Numbered from the stretch's first letter, positions 1 through 9,743 are shown. The stretch is 64,000 bases of DNA from Candidatus Fervidifonticultor sextus (GCA_031459875.1 JAVKHQ010000015.1:10289-74288); one strand, 5' to 3'. The notes: generated by a model from the letters alone, not told the origin. Made by a program: numbers and translations.

Positions 1-578
1 TGCTCCCACTGACCTCGGGGATTGCCCTGATGCGGCAGGACCCCTGGGAGTGCCTGGTCTCGTACGTGATCTCCGCATTCAACAACATCCCGAAGATCCG
101 CCTGACGATCGGCAGGCTCGCTCGGGCCCTGGGGAGTTCCATCAGGCCGGCCGGCGACGCCTGGACCTTCCCGGGGCCGGACAGGCTGGCCGGTGCCCGT
201 CTGGACGTCCTGCGCGCGTGCGCGCTCGGCTACCGTGCCCGGTCCGTCCGGGCGCTGGCGCGCCTGGTCGCAGATGGAGAGGTCGATCTCGACGCGATCG
301 GTCGGCTGCCGCTGACCGAGGCCCGCGCGGCCCTGCTGGAGTTGCCCGGTGTCGGCGAGAAGGTGGCCGACTGCGTGCTGCTGTTTGCCTTTGGATGTAC
401 TGAGGCATTCCCGGTCGACGTCTGGGTGCAGCGGGCCGTGGAGCGGTGGTACTTTGGGGGCAGAGCGAAGACCCCGCGCGCCATCCGCGCGTGGGCGGTG
501 GGACGATTCGGGCACCTGGCAGGGTACGCCCAGCAGCATCTGTTCGCAGGCGCGCGACTGCACGGGGTCGCGTCCTGA
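1..578 (+). CDS. HhH-GPD DNA glycosylase (8-oxoguanine glycosylase/AlkA family), 5' end outside window
   Basis: Frame open from base 3; RQDPWECLVSYVISAFNNIPKI, LPGVGEKVADC HhH motif, AFPVDVWV and GYAQQHLF are typical of OGG1-like glycosylases. Confidence 0.85.
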   Translation, partial: LPLTSGIALMRQDPWECLVSYVISAFNNIPKIRLTIGRLARALGSSIRPAGDAWTFPGPDRLAGARLDVLRACALGYRARSVRALARLVADGEVDLDAIGRLPLTEARAALLELPGVGEKVADCVLLFAFGCTEAFPVDVWVQRAVERWYFGGRAKTPRAIRAWAVGRFGHLAGYAQQHLFAGARLHGVAS

Positions 579-599
579 CGAACCCAGGGGGTGGGGTCG

Positions 600-1208
600 G
601 TGACAAGACGCTCGATCGTGATGCTTGTGCCGGTGGTGCTGTCGCTGGTTGGCGGGGGGCTGTCCGGGACTGCCCGGGCGGCACCGGCGCCTCCACCCGT
701 GGAAGGTGTCATCACCGCGCTGGACGCGGCGTCCATTACGGTTTTTACGCGAACGGGCACATCGCTGAGAGTCCTGATCTCGTCCGACACGAGGATCGTC
801 CGTCGGCAGGCGGCCCGGTTCGACCAGATCCGTCCCCACGACTTCGTCGGCGTCACCGCGAAGCGGGAACCGGACGGGACGTTGACCGCGGTGAGCATCA
901 ACATCTTCCCGCCCGAGTTCCAGGGCCGGGTGCGCGAAGGCCAGTTCCTCATGGAGTCGGGCAACCTGATGACCAACGCGATGGTCTTCCAGAACGTGCG
1001 GCGGATCGAAGGGCGGACGCTCTACCTGCGGTTTCCCGAGGGCACCGCGGTCATCAACGTGCCCGGGGACGCCGAGATCTTCCGGCTCACCACGATGCGG
1101 TTCGGCGAGTTGCGAAGCGGCATGCGGGTGGTGGTGCGGGGGACCAGCACGCCTGACGGCAGCCTCGCAGCGGGTTCGCTGACGGTGGTGGACGTACCGT
1201 CGCGGTAG
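600..1208 (+). CDS. Exported DUF5666-like OB-fold repeat protein
   Basis: N-terminal signal peptide; two repeats of the V-x-V-x-G/A...DG(T/S)L-x-A pattern; start could be 591, 600 or 621. Confidence 0.6.
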   Translation: MTRRSIVMLVPVVLSLVGGGLSGTARAAPAPPPVEGVITALDAASITVFTRTGTSLRVLISSDTRIVRRQAARFDQIRPHDFVGVTAKREPDGTLTAVSINIFPPEFQGRVREGQFLMESGNLMTNAMVFQNVRRIEGRTLYLRFPEGTAVINVPGDAEIFRLTTMRFGELRSGMRVVVRGTSTPDGSLAAGSLTVVDVPSR

Positions 1209-1290
1209 GGGAGGGCACTCGGCCCCCCGCTGTTGAGGGATTTCTGGCGAGCGCTATCGGAAACGCCAGCTTGGGCAGCCGCACCCACCG

Positions 1291-2337
1291 CTACGGCAGA
1301 ACCTGGATAGCTGGCCCGTCCCGTGCGACGACCTCGCCGATTTGGGCGACCGTCTCGACTCCCCGCCGGCGCAGGGCGGCCTCCAGCGCATCGGCACGAT
1401 CCGAAGCCGCCGCCATCAGCAGGCCCCCCGACGTCTGCGCGTCGGCCAGCAGGATGCGGGTGACCTCGTCGATCGCGGGAGCCCACGCGACCTTGTCGGC
1501 TAGCCACTCCAGATTCCGTGCGGTCCCGCCGGCGACGGCCCCCTGAGCGGCCAGGTCCCGGGCACCGGGGAGCAGCGGGACGGCACCGGCCCACAGCCGC
1601 GCACCGACGCCGTTCGTCTCGACCATCTCGTGGAGGTGTCCCAGCAGTCCAAAACCGGTGATGTCGGTGGCCGCATGCACGCCGACCTCCAGCATCGCCT
1701 CTGAGGCCGCCCGGTTGAGGATGCTCATCACCCGCACCGCCTCCGCGGCGATCTCGGGGGGGGTCTTCTCCTGCTTGACCCCCGTGGTGATCACCCCGAC
1801 CCCCAGCGGCTTCGTCAGGACCAGGGCGTCGCCGGGGCGGGCACCTGCCTTCGTGACGAACTTTCCGGGGTGCACCAGCCCGGTGACCGCCAGTCCGTAC
1901 TTGGGCTCGGGGTCGTCGATGGTGTGCCCGCCGACGATCAGCACCCCTGCCTCCGCCGCTTTGTCGGCGCCGCCGCGGAGGATCTCCGTGAGGATCTCCA
2001 GCGGCAGCCTGCGGGGGAAGCCCGCAATGTTGAGCGCCAGCAGGGGCCGCCCGCCCTTGGCGTAGATGTCCGAGAAGGCGTTCGCCGCCGCGATGAGCCC
2101 GAACGGGTATGGGTCGTCCACAATCGGCGTGAAGACATCCACCGTCTGGACGAGGGCCACTTCCTCGCTCAGCCGGTAGACGGCCGCGTCGTCGGTCCCG
2201 ACCCCGAGCAGCAGGTTCGGGTCGCTGGGTACTGGGAGCAGGCGCAGGACCTGCGCCAGTTCGCCGGGCGACAGCTTGGACGCTCAGCCGGCGCAGGCGA
2301 CCATGGACGTCAGGCGGATGCGCTCACGGGCGGTCAC
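1291..2337 (-). CDS. selD: Selenide, water dikinase (selenophosphate synthetase), selenocysteine form
   Basis: RBS GGAGGAGGTGA then GTG at 2337; reads MTARERIRLTSMVACAG-UGA-ASKLSPGEL...DDAAVY...VQTVDVFTPIVDDP, TDITGFGLLGH, DAQTSGGLL; in-frame TGA at 2284-2286 (codon 18) is at the catalytic Cys/Sec position. Confidence 0.95.
2241..2257 (-). promoter_or_regulatory. Bacterial SECIS hairpin of selD
   Basis: GGCGCAG-GUC-CUGCGCC perfect stem with G-containing apical loop, starting 26 nt after the UGA; resembles the fdhF-type GCAGGUCUGC element. Confidence 0.8.
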
Positions 2338-2408
2338 GGGTCACCTCCTCCCAGCAGGGGCTACCGTCAAGTCTGACCTGGCAGGCCCACCCGGTGACAC
2401 TCTTTCGG

Positions 2409-2415
2409 TATTATA
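2409..2415. promoter_or_regulatory. Overlapping divergent -10 elements (selD / archease)
   Basis: TATTAT on + (8 nt before archease ATG, no RBS) overlaps TATAAT on - in an otherwise GC-rich context. Confidence 0.5.
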
Positions 2416-2422
2416 GCCTTAC

Positions 2423-2839
2423 ATGGGAGAGTACGAGGTCATCGACCATACGGCCGACGTCGGGATCACGGTGCGGGCCGCCTCCCTGAATGATCTCTTC
2501 GAGACCGCGGCGGAAGGGATGTTCAGCTTCATCGTGGATCCCACGTCGGTGGAGAACCGGGCGTGGCTGGAGCGCCGGGTGGAGGCCGACGACCTGCCGG
2601 GGCTGCTGGTGGCCTGGCTGAACGACCTCCTCAGCGTCCTCAGCGTCGAGTCGTTTGTCCCCAAGGTGTTCGTCGTGGACGAGGTGGGCGAGGGGCGCCT
2701 GCGGGCCACCGTCCACGGCGAGCCGACCGATCCGGCGCGGCACCGCTTCCGCCTCGATGTGAAGGCGGCGACCTACCATGGGCTGGAGGTCAGCGAGACT
2801 GACGGCCGGTGGGTGGCCCGGGTGATCTTCGATGTGTGA
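2423..2839 (+). CDS. Archease
   Basis: YEVIDHTADVG N-terminal motif, VKAATYH and C-terminal IFDV. Confidence 0.93.
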   Translation: MGEYEVIDHTADVGITVRAASLNDLFETAAEGMFSFIVDPTSVENRAWLERRVEADDLPGLLVAWLNDLLSVLSVESFVPKVFVVDEVGEGRLRATVHGEPTDPARHRFRLDVKAATYHGLEVSETDGRWVARVIFDV

Positions 2840-4403
2840 GCGGGGGCCCCTCGCCGTCCCGTTGCGGATCATTGCGGCCTTCGCGGTGGCCGGATGCCTC
2901 ATCGCCGATCCCGCGACCGCAGGTGCGCAGCCCGTCCGCGGCGGGGTGTTGCGGGTGGCGCACACCGGGGAGCCCCCGACGCTCGACCTGCACTGGACCA
3001 CCGGCGCACCCACGCAGGACGTGACGATCCACATCTACGAGGGGCTTTTTGCCCTGTCGGGCCGCTACGAACCGCGGCCCATGCTGGTGGACCGCTGGAC
3101 GCTCTCGCCCGACCGCCGTGTGTACAATTTCGTGCTTCGCCGCGGGATCCTGTTCCACCACGGTCGGGAGATGACCGCCGACGATGTGGTGGCCTCGCTG
3201 TGGCGGTGGGGGCAGACGGCCGCGCGCGGCCGCGAACTCTTCGGCCAGGTGGAGGGTCTGCTCGCCCTCGATTCCCATACCGTCCAACTGCGCCTGCGCG
3301 AGGCCAACGGCCTGGTGCCGCTGGCCCTGGCCATTCCCGGTCAGGGCGCGGTGATCTACCCGCGGGAAGTCATCGAGGAGGCCGGGGGCGGCCCGATCCG
3401 GCGCTTCATCGGTACCGGGCCGTACCGGTTTGTCGAGCATGTGCCGGATGTGCGGATCCGCCTCGAGCGCTTCGAGCGCTACCGGATGCGGGACGACCCG
3501 CCCGACGGACAGGCCGGGCGCCGCGAGCCGCTGCTCGATGCCATCGAGTTCCTCCCCGTGCCCGATGCGTCGGTCCGGATCGCCGGCGTGGTCAGGGGGG
3601 ACTACCACTTTGCCCATTCCGTCCCCTCGGACGAGTACCCCAGGCTGCGGGCGATCCGGGAAGTCAGTCCGCTGGTCATCACAACCCCGCAGTGGGCAGG
3701 GTTCGTCTTCAACCACCGGACGGGCCTGATGGCGACCAGGGCGCTGCGCCGGGCCGTCGTGGCCGCCCTCGACGAAGTCGCTGTGTTACGCGGGACCTAC
3801 GGTCCCTCCCAGTTCTGGCGGGCCACCCCGTCGTTCTTCCCGCCCGAGCACCCGATGTGGACCGAGGCCGGCGCGGCCATCTACCGCCAGCACGATGCGG
3901 CGCTCGCCCGGCGGCTGCTGGGCGAGGCCGGCTACCGCGGCCAGCCCGTCCGGTGGATGGTCAGCAGCGAGATGCCGCATCATCTGACGGCGGCGACGAT
4001 CGCCAGGTCCCAGCTGGAAGCGGTCGGGTTGGCCGTCGATCTCCAGGTGATGGACTGGGCGACGCTGGTCAGCCGGCGCAGCCGCCCCGAGGGGTGGGAT
4101 GTGTTCACCACGACCTTCGGGTTCGTCCCCGACCCGGTCTTCCTGCTCCCGCTCTCGCCGGCATGGCCCGGATGGTACCAGGACCGCGAGATGCAGGCGC
4201 TGGTCAGGCTGCTCTGGCGGCATACCGACCCGTCGGTGCGCCGAGGGATCTGGGCGCGGGCGCAGCAGCGGTTCTATGAGGAGGCGGTTGCCGTGCGGCT
4301 GGGCGACTGGTTTCCGCTGCTGCTCCACCGGGCCGAACTCCGGGGTGTCGTCGGTGGCCCCGGGACCTTCCACTGGAATGTCTGGATCGCGCGCACGCCG
4401 TAG
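2832..4403 (+). CDS. ABC transporter substrate-binding protein, family 5 (peptide/nickel type), orphan
   Basis: Signal peptide, EPPTLD, IYEGLF, FHHGREMTADDVVASL, IGTGPYRF. Confidence 0.88.
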   Translation: MCERGPLAVPLRIIAAFAVAGCLIADPATAGAQPVRGGVLRVAHTGEPPTLDLHWTTGAPTQDVTIHIYEGLFALSGRYEPRPMLVDRWTLSPDRRVYNFVLRRGILFHHGREMTADDVVASLWRWGQTAARGRELFGQVEGLLALDSHTVQLRLREANGLVPLALAIPGQGAVIYPREVIEEAGGGPIRRFIGTGPYRFVEHVPDVRIRLERFERYRMRDDPPDGQAGRREPLLDAIEFLPVPDASVRIAGVVRGDYHFAHSVPSDEYPRLRAIREVSPLVITTPQWAGFVFNHRTGLMATRALRRAVVAALDEVAVLRGTYGPSQFWRATPSFFPPEHPMWTEAGAAIYRQHDAALARRLLGEAGYRGQPVRWMVSSEMPHHLTAATIARSQLEAVGLAVDLQVMDWATLVSRRSRPEGWDVFTTTFGFVPDPVFLLPLSPAWPGWYQDREMQALVRLLWRHTDPSVRRGIWARAQQRFYEEAVAVRLGDWFPLLLHRAELRGVVGGPGTFHWNVWIARTP

Positions 4404-4496
4404 CCGTCCCCAGGGCGACCCGCCGTGGCTGGCGCCGCTGGTCTTCCTCAGGCTCAGGCTGGTCGGATGCCGGCCCGTGCGGACGGGGTGAGGGAC

Positions 4497-5237
4497 ATGG
4501 CACAGGTGAAGGTGCAGACGCGGGGCGGCCGGCCCGAGCGCGATCTCTTCGTCTTCTACGCGCACCACGAGTGCCGGGTGCTGACCGAATCGGTGATGGA
4601 ACACCTCCCGGGTCCCCCCGCCCGCGGCCGGGTGGTCCGCGTCCCGCGCGGTGAGTTGGTCTACGCGATGGGGGATCCCACCGGCGTCGTCTTCTTCCTC
4701 CGCCGCGGCCGTGTCGCCATCAGCGTCCTGTCTCCGGCCGGCCGCGAGCAGCGCTTGCAGGTCGTGGAGCCCGGCGAGATGTTCGGCGAACTCTGCTTCT
4801 GCAATGTCCGCGCCCGGCAGGACCAAGCCACGGCCCTGGCGGACTGCGAGGTCGTTGCGATGCGGATGGACGACCTGCTGGCCGCCCTCATGGCCACGCC
4901 CGAGGGCACAGCGGCGGTGCTGGGGACCCTGTGCGCGCGGCTTGCCGATGCCCAGGCGCTAATCCAGCGCCTGGCGTTCCACACGGTGCCGCAACGGATC
5001 GGTCTCCTGTTGTTGGGTCTGGCGAAGGCGCAGGCCCCGGGCCGGGACGGCGGCCGCCTCATCCCTCGCCCGCCGACCCACGAGGAGATCGCGCACTCGG
5101 TGAGCGCATCGCGGGAACTCGTCTCGACCACGCTCTCGGGCTTCAGGCGCCTGGGCCTGGTGCGCTACCGGCGTCGGAGTGCCATGGTGGTCTTCCCCGA
5201 CGCCCTGGCCAGGCACCTCGGGCTCGGGGGTTCGTAA
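4497..5237 (+). CDS. Crp/Fnr family transcriptional regulator
   Basis: cNMP-binding fold (PGEMFGELC) and C-terminal HTH THEEIAHSVSASRELVSTTL. Confidence 0.88.
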   Translation: MAQVKVQTRGGRPERDLFVFYAHHECRVLTESVMEHLPGPPARGRVVRVPRGELVYAMGDPTGVVFFLRRGRVAISVLSPAGREQRLQVVEPGEMFGELCFCNVRARQDQATALADCEVVAMRMDDLLAALMATPEGTAAVLGTLCARLADAQALIQRLAFHTVPQRIGLLLLGLAKAQAPGRDGGRLIPRPPTHEEIAHSVSASRELVSTTLSGFRRLGLVRYRRRSAMVVFPDALARHLGLGGS

Positions 5238-5306
5238 AGAACTTCACATTGTCCCTGCGGCCCGGTTCCTATCCTGGGATCAGAATTGACTCGGGGAGGG
5301 ATCGAC

Positions 5307-5519
5307 ATGAAGGCCAACGTGGGACCGGTTGATCGCGCAGTCCGTGTTGTGCTGGGATTCGTCTTCGCCTATGTGGCGTTCGTGGTCGCGGGCCTGTGGG
5401 CGTGGGTCGCCGGGGTCGCCGCTGCCATCATGCTCGCGACGGCGGCGGTCGGCTTCTGCCCGCTGTACGCGCTGTTCGGGATCACCACCTGCCCGGTGAA
5501 GGCGCAGACGCAGCGGTAG
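5307..5519 (+). CDS. DUF2892 (YgaP-like) small membrane protein
   Basis: MKANVGPVDRAVR...GFCPLYALFGITTC signature; RBS GGAGGG. Confidence 0.9.
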   Translation: MKANVGPVDRAVRVVLGFVFAYVAFVVAGLWAWVAGVAAAIMLATAAVGFCPLYALFGITTCPVKAQTQR

Positions 5520-6100
5520 ACGCCGACACCTTCTGAAACGCGACCCCCGACCGTGTCAGGCACGGGGGATCGGCCAGCATGTTCCTGGCGGCGGCTTCGT
5601 TGGCCAGGCGGAAGAGCTCGGCCGGCGGGAGCCGCCGCGTCCGGTCATTGTACTCGATGTAGCCGAAGAAGTACCGCGACCAGAAGAACGACGTGATGTC
5701 TACCTTCAGGGCGTGCGAGAGGGTGCCCATGACCTCCACGAACCCTTCGTCCAGCGGTTCCCAGAAGCCGAAGACGTCGCGGGCGAACAGGTCGGCCGCC
5801 GCGGCGATGTTCCCGGTCAGTTCCGAATTCCGGCACTTGTAGAGCCATGATTCGCCGATGACCACCCTCTTGCCGGATCCCCGGGCAATCTCGGCGATCC
5901 GGAACACCCGGTCGGCGACGTAATCCCGGTTGACCGGATAGATGTGGGCGTCCAGGTAGTCGAGGGACGTATGCTGCGCCAGGCTCCGGAAGTAGGCCAG
6001 GTCATCCCAGGAACCCGCGCCCGCGCCGATGCGCACCCCGCGCCGGTCCAGGCCGTTGGTGACGAACTGCGCGACCTCGGTGAAGGCCTGCTCCGGCGGT
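5520..6100 (-). pseudogene. Remnant of a glycoside-hydrolase-like TIM-barrel gene
   Basis: Protein-like C-terminal half (LDYLDAHIYP, GKRVVIGESW) with no plausible start or RBS; the frame runs into both neighbouring genes. Confidence 0.55.
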
Positions 6101-6173
6101 CCGTTGAGCGAAGCATGGTGGCCCGTGGTAGCTCTTGGCGATCTCCCCGGCGGGATGCTACGCTCGTACCCTA

Positions 6174-9100
6174 ATGATCCGGTGCCCCAACTGCGGGAGT
6201 GAGAACCCATCCGGCGCGCAGTTCTGCATGCGCTGCGGGACGGCTCTCCAGCGCCGCTGTCCCGCTTGCGGCGCCCAGAATCCGCCGGGCGCGCACTTCT
6301 GCCTCCAGTGCGGGAGGCCGCTACTGGCGGCGCCGACCGCCGAGCGGCGCGTCGTCAGCGTGCTGTTTGCCGATCTGGTGGCCTCGACGCCGCTCGCCGT
6401 CCGCCTGGATCCCGAGCCGGTCCGGGAGATCCTGACCGACTACTTCACGGCCATGCGCGAGGAGGTCGAACGGTACGGCGGCGTGGTGGAGAAGTTCATC
6501 GGCGACGCCGTGATGGCCGTGTTCGGCCTGCCGGGTGCGCACGAGGACGATCCCCAGCGGGCGATCCGTGCGGCGCTGGCCATGCGCCAGCGGATGGGGC
6601 AGCTGAATGCCCGGCTGCGCGCGGACCTGCGCGTCCGCATCGGGATCAGTACCGGGGAGGTCATCGCCGATCCGGCGGCCGTGGGGGCCGGAGAGTTCAT
6701 GGTGACGGGTGAGGCCGTCAATCTGGCCGCGCGGTTGCAGCAGCATGCGGCCCCCGACGCGGTGGTGATCGACGAGCGGACCTGCGAGGCCTCCTGGGGC
6801 ATGGTGCAGTGCCAGCCGCTGGAGACACCGCGCGACGGCGACTTCGCCGGACGTCCGCGTTGGATGGTCCTGGGGATCGCTGACCGTCGAGCGGCCAAGC
6901 GGCTGCGCGCGCCGCTGCTGGGCCGGGAGGGCGAGATGCAGTTCCTACACGCCCTCTACCGCCGTGCGGTGGAGAGCCGGCGGCCGCACCTGGTGACGGT
7001 GATCGGGCCGGCGGGCGTCGGCAAGAGCCGGCTCGCCGAGGAGTTTCTCGGGGCGCGGCGCGACGAGGCGGACGGCCCGCAGGTCCTGCGCGGGCGGTGC
7101 CTTGCCTACGGCGAGGGACTCACCTACTGGCCGCTGGCGGAGATGCTGAAACAGGAGTGCGGGATTAAGGACAATGATCCCGCCGACGTGGTCACGTCGA
7201 AACTCCGCGACGGCGTGCGCCGCGCGGGGGTGACAGGCGAGGACGAACGCGAAATGGTCGCGGCCGCGCTGGCCCCACTGCTGGGCGTGGAGATCGCCGT
7301 GCGCGCCGACCTGGGGACCGAGCGGCTGCAGGGGCTGCGGCGCTCGGTCGAAGGGCGCGCGACCGTCCTCGAGCCTCCGGGGGCGCTGGCCGGCGCGTTC
7401 GGCCCCGACGACGCGCTGCCGCGGGCCCTGCGCACCTTCCTGGCGGCCAAGGGGTCGCGCCGCCCGCTGGTCCTGGTGGTGGAGGACCTGCACTGGGCCG
7501 AGCAGAGCCTGCTGGGCCTGCTCGAGCACCTGGCGATCCGCATCACCGATGCGCCGATGCTGCTTTTGTGCCTGACCCGCCCCGAACTGCTGGAGCGCCA
7601 TCCGCATTGGGGCAGCCGGGTGCGGAACTACACGGCGGTGTCCCTGGCGCCCCTCTCCGGGGAGTTGAGCCGGCGGCTGATCGCCAACCTCCTGCGCAAC
7701 GAAACCGTACCCGGCGACGTGCGCGAGGCCATCCTGGCCCGGGCCGAGGGCAACCCGTTCTTCATCGAGGAGATCCTGCGCATGATGATCGACGGGGGTG
7801 GCCTGGTCCGTGACGAGCAGGGATGGCGCTGGGCCTCGCACCCGCACGAGGTGCGACTCCCGGACACCATCCACGGCATCCTGGCGTCCCGACTCGACCT
7901 GCTGTCGGCTCTGGAGAAGCGCGTCGTGCAGGACGCTTCGGTGATGGGGCGGGTGTTCTGGATGGGGCCGCTGATCGCCACCAGCAGCCTCCATGCGGCG
8001 GAAGTCACCACCGCCCTCGACAGGCTGCAGGAGCGGGAGGTCGTGGACGAACGGCCGACTTCGTCCGTCTTTGGCGAGCGCGAGTTCGCCTTCCGACACG
8101 CTCTGATCCGCGAGGTCGCCTACGCCTCGCTCCCCAAGAGCGAGCGGAGCCTCAAGCACATCCGCTTCGCGGAGTGGCTGGAGTCCGCCGCCGGGGACGA
8201 TGAGGAGTTACTGCCGGTCCTGGCCCATCACGGCGAGCAGGCCTGGCGATACAAGTTTGAGAACGGCGAGCAGGACGAGGCTCTCGCCCGCAAGGCGATC
8301 AACATGTTCCGCAGGGCCGGACGGCGGGCCAGCCGGTTGCGGACCCTGCCCGAAGCTTTGCGTCTCTTCGAGCGGGCGCTCTCCGTGCTGCACAACGCGG
8401 GACTGGCCGGCGACGTGTCGCTGCTGCTCGAGGTGCTGACCGAGCGGTCCGAGGTGGCCAAGTGGATGAATGTCCCCGACGTGGTCGTCGCGGACACCGA
8501 GACCGTCATGCGTCTCGCTTTGGCCGTCGGACGGCAGGACCTGATCGCACGCGCCTGGCTGAACCGCGCCTTTGCCGAGTACGCGCGCAACCGCCTGGAG
8601 CCCGCAGAGGACGCCATCGGTCGGGCGCTCGCGCTGTTCGGAAACCTGCAGGACCGGGGGGGCGAAGCCGAGGCGCTGGAGGTCATGGGCTTCATCATGG
8701 AGGACCTGCGCGGAGCGCTCACCAAGGCGCACACCGCCTACCGGAAGGCGTTCGACCTCTACAGGACCATGAACGATGGTCAGGGGATGGCGCGGACGCT
8801 GGCCCGACTCGGCCGGGTCCTGCTGGATCACGGGAATCTGGCCGGGAGTCGGGAAGCGCTGTCGGAGGCGATCCGGCTGTCCCGGGCGCACCACGAGCGT
8901 CTCAGCGAGGCGAACGCCGTGACCGGCCTGGCTGTCCTCGCCCACCTGACCGGCGACGACGCGGAGGCAGAGCGTCGCTTCCAGGAGGCGATTGCCCTCA
9001 GGCACGAACTCGGCGACCTGCTCGCCGAAGCCTACACGCGCCACCGGCTGGCGATGCACTACCTGCGCGTCGGCCGGCTCGACGACGCGGAGCGCGAGTT

Positions 9101-9536
9101 CAACAGGGCGCAGGCGCTGCGGCGTGAGCACGGCGCGACGGGGGAGTCGGCCCTCATTCTCCGGGGGCTGGCCGAGATCTCGCTGGCCAGGGGCGACCTC
9201 CTGGCCGCAGCCGAACTGGCGGAGCAGGCGCTGGGGCTGCTCACGGAGACCGACCCCATCTCCCAGGCCACGCACCGGGCGACGCTGGGACGGATCCGCG
9301 CCGCCCAGGGCCGCCGGGACGAGGCCGAGGCGTTGTTCCGGCGGAGCCTGGAGGTCCTTGAGCGTGCGGAATTTCGGATCGACCTGGCCCTGGCGCTGTT
9401 GCGGTACGGCGAGGCGCTGCAGTGGCTCGGCGAGGCAGACCGGGCGCGGGCGATCTTCGAACGGGCCCGGGGCCTCTTTGCCGAGATGGGGGCCGCCCGG
9501 TTCGTACGCGAGCTCGATGTGCGGCTGGCGCATTGA
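6174..9536 (+). CDS. Double zinc ribbon - class III adenylate/guanylate cyclase - AAA/STAND ATPase - TPR protein
   Basis: CPNC..CMRC..CPAC..CLQC; VLFADL, EKFIGDAVM, GEAVNLAARLQ; Walker A GPAGVGKS; LVVEDLHWA; GNPFFIEE; TPR C-terminus. Confidence 0.92.
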   Translation: MIRCPNCGSENPSGAQFCMRCGTALQRRCPACGAQNPPGAHFCLQCGRPLLAAPTAERRVVSVLFADLVASTPLAVRLDPEPVREILTDYFTAMREEVERYGGVVEKFIGDAVMAVFGLPGAHEDDPQRAIRAALAMRQRMGQLNARLRADLRVRIGISTGEVIADPAAVGAGEFMVTGEAVNLAARLQQHAAPDAVVIDERTCEASWGMVQCQPLETPRDGDFAGRPRWMVLGIADRRAAKRLRAPLLGREGEMQFLHALYRRAVESRRPHLVTVIGPAGVGKSRLAEEFLGARRDEADGPQVLRGRCLAYGEGLTYWPLAEMLKQECGIKDNDPADVVTSKLRDGVRRAGVTGEDEREMVAAALAPLLGVEIAVRADLGTERLQGLRRSVEGRATVLEPPGALAGAFGPDDALPRALRTFLAAKGSRRPLVLVVEDLHWAEQSLLGLLEHLAIRITDAPMLLLCLTRPELLERHPHWGSRVRNYTAVSLAPLSGELSRRLIANLLRNETVPGDVREAILARAEGNPFFIEEILRMMIDGGGLVRDEQGWRWASHPHEVRLPDTIHGILASRLDLLSALEKRVVQDASVMGRVFWMGPLIATSSLHAAEVTTALDRLQEREVVDERPTSSVFGEREFAFRHALIREVAYASLPKSERSLKHIRFAEWLESAAGDDEELLPVLAHHGEQAWRYKFENGEQDEALARKAINMFRRAGRRASRLRTLPEALRLFERALSVLHNAGLAGDVSLLLEVLTERSEVAKWMNVPDVVVADTETVMRLALAVGRQDLIARAWLNRAFAEYARNRLEPAEDAIGRALALFGNLQDRGGEAEALEVMGFIMEDLRGALTKAHTAYRKAFDLYRTMNDGQGMARTLARLGRVLLDHGNLAGSREALSEAIRLSRAHHERLSEANAVTGLAVLAHLTGDDAEAERRFQEAIALRHELGDLLAEAYTRHRLAMHYLRVGRLDDAEREFNRAQALRREHGATGESALILRGLAEISLARGDLLAAAELAEQALGLLTETDPISQATHRATLGRIRAAQGRRDEAEALFRRSLEVLERAEFRIDLALALLRYGEALQWLGEADRARAIFERARGLFAEMGAARFVRELDVRLAH

Positions 9537-9561
9537 AAGGCGGTCGGGCTGACAGGCGAGG

Positions 9562-9590
9562 TTGACAGGTCGCCGCAGCGGTGGTATAAA
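9562..9590 (+). promoter_or_regulatory. Sigma70-type promoter of amt-glnK
   Basis: TTGACA-17 bp-TATAAA with extended -10 TG. Confidence 0.8.
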
Positions 9591-9613
9591 AAGCGTCAAT
9601 TAGAATAGACGCG

Positions 9614-9694
9614 GGCCGGGAAGCCTCCGAGGATGGGGGCTTTTTCGTTGCAGGTCCGCCGGGGCCAGGACGCCTCCACAGAGGCGTCCTTTCG
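9614..9694 (+). promoter_or_regulatory. Tandem attenuators: GGC-N6-GCC hairpins overlapping intrinsic terminators (ANTAR-like)
   Basis: GGC-CGGGAA-GCC overlaps AAGCCTCC/GGGGGCTT-TTT; GGC-CAGGAC-GCC overlaps AGGACGCCTC/GAGGCGTCCT-TT. Confidence 0.6.
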
Positions 9695-9743
9695 CGTTTG
9701 CTGGAGTCCGGTCCGCAGTCTGGACGGCGGGAGGAGAGGGACG

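Noticed and set aside
1291..2337. selD as a pseudogene
   Set aside because: The stop is UGA exactly at the catalytic residue, with a SECIS-like hairpin and a strong RBS upstream
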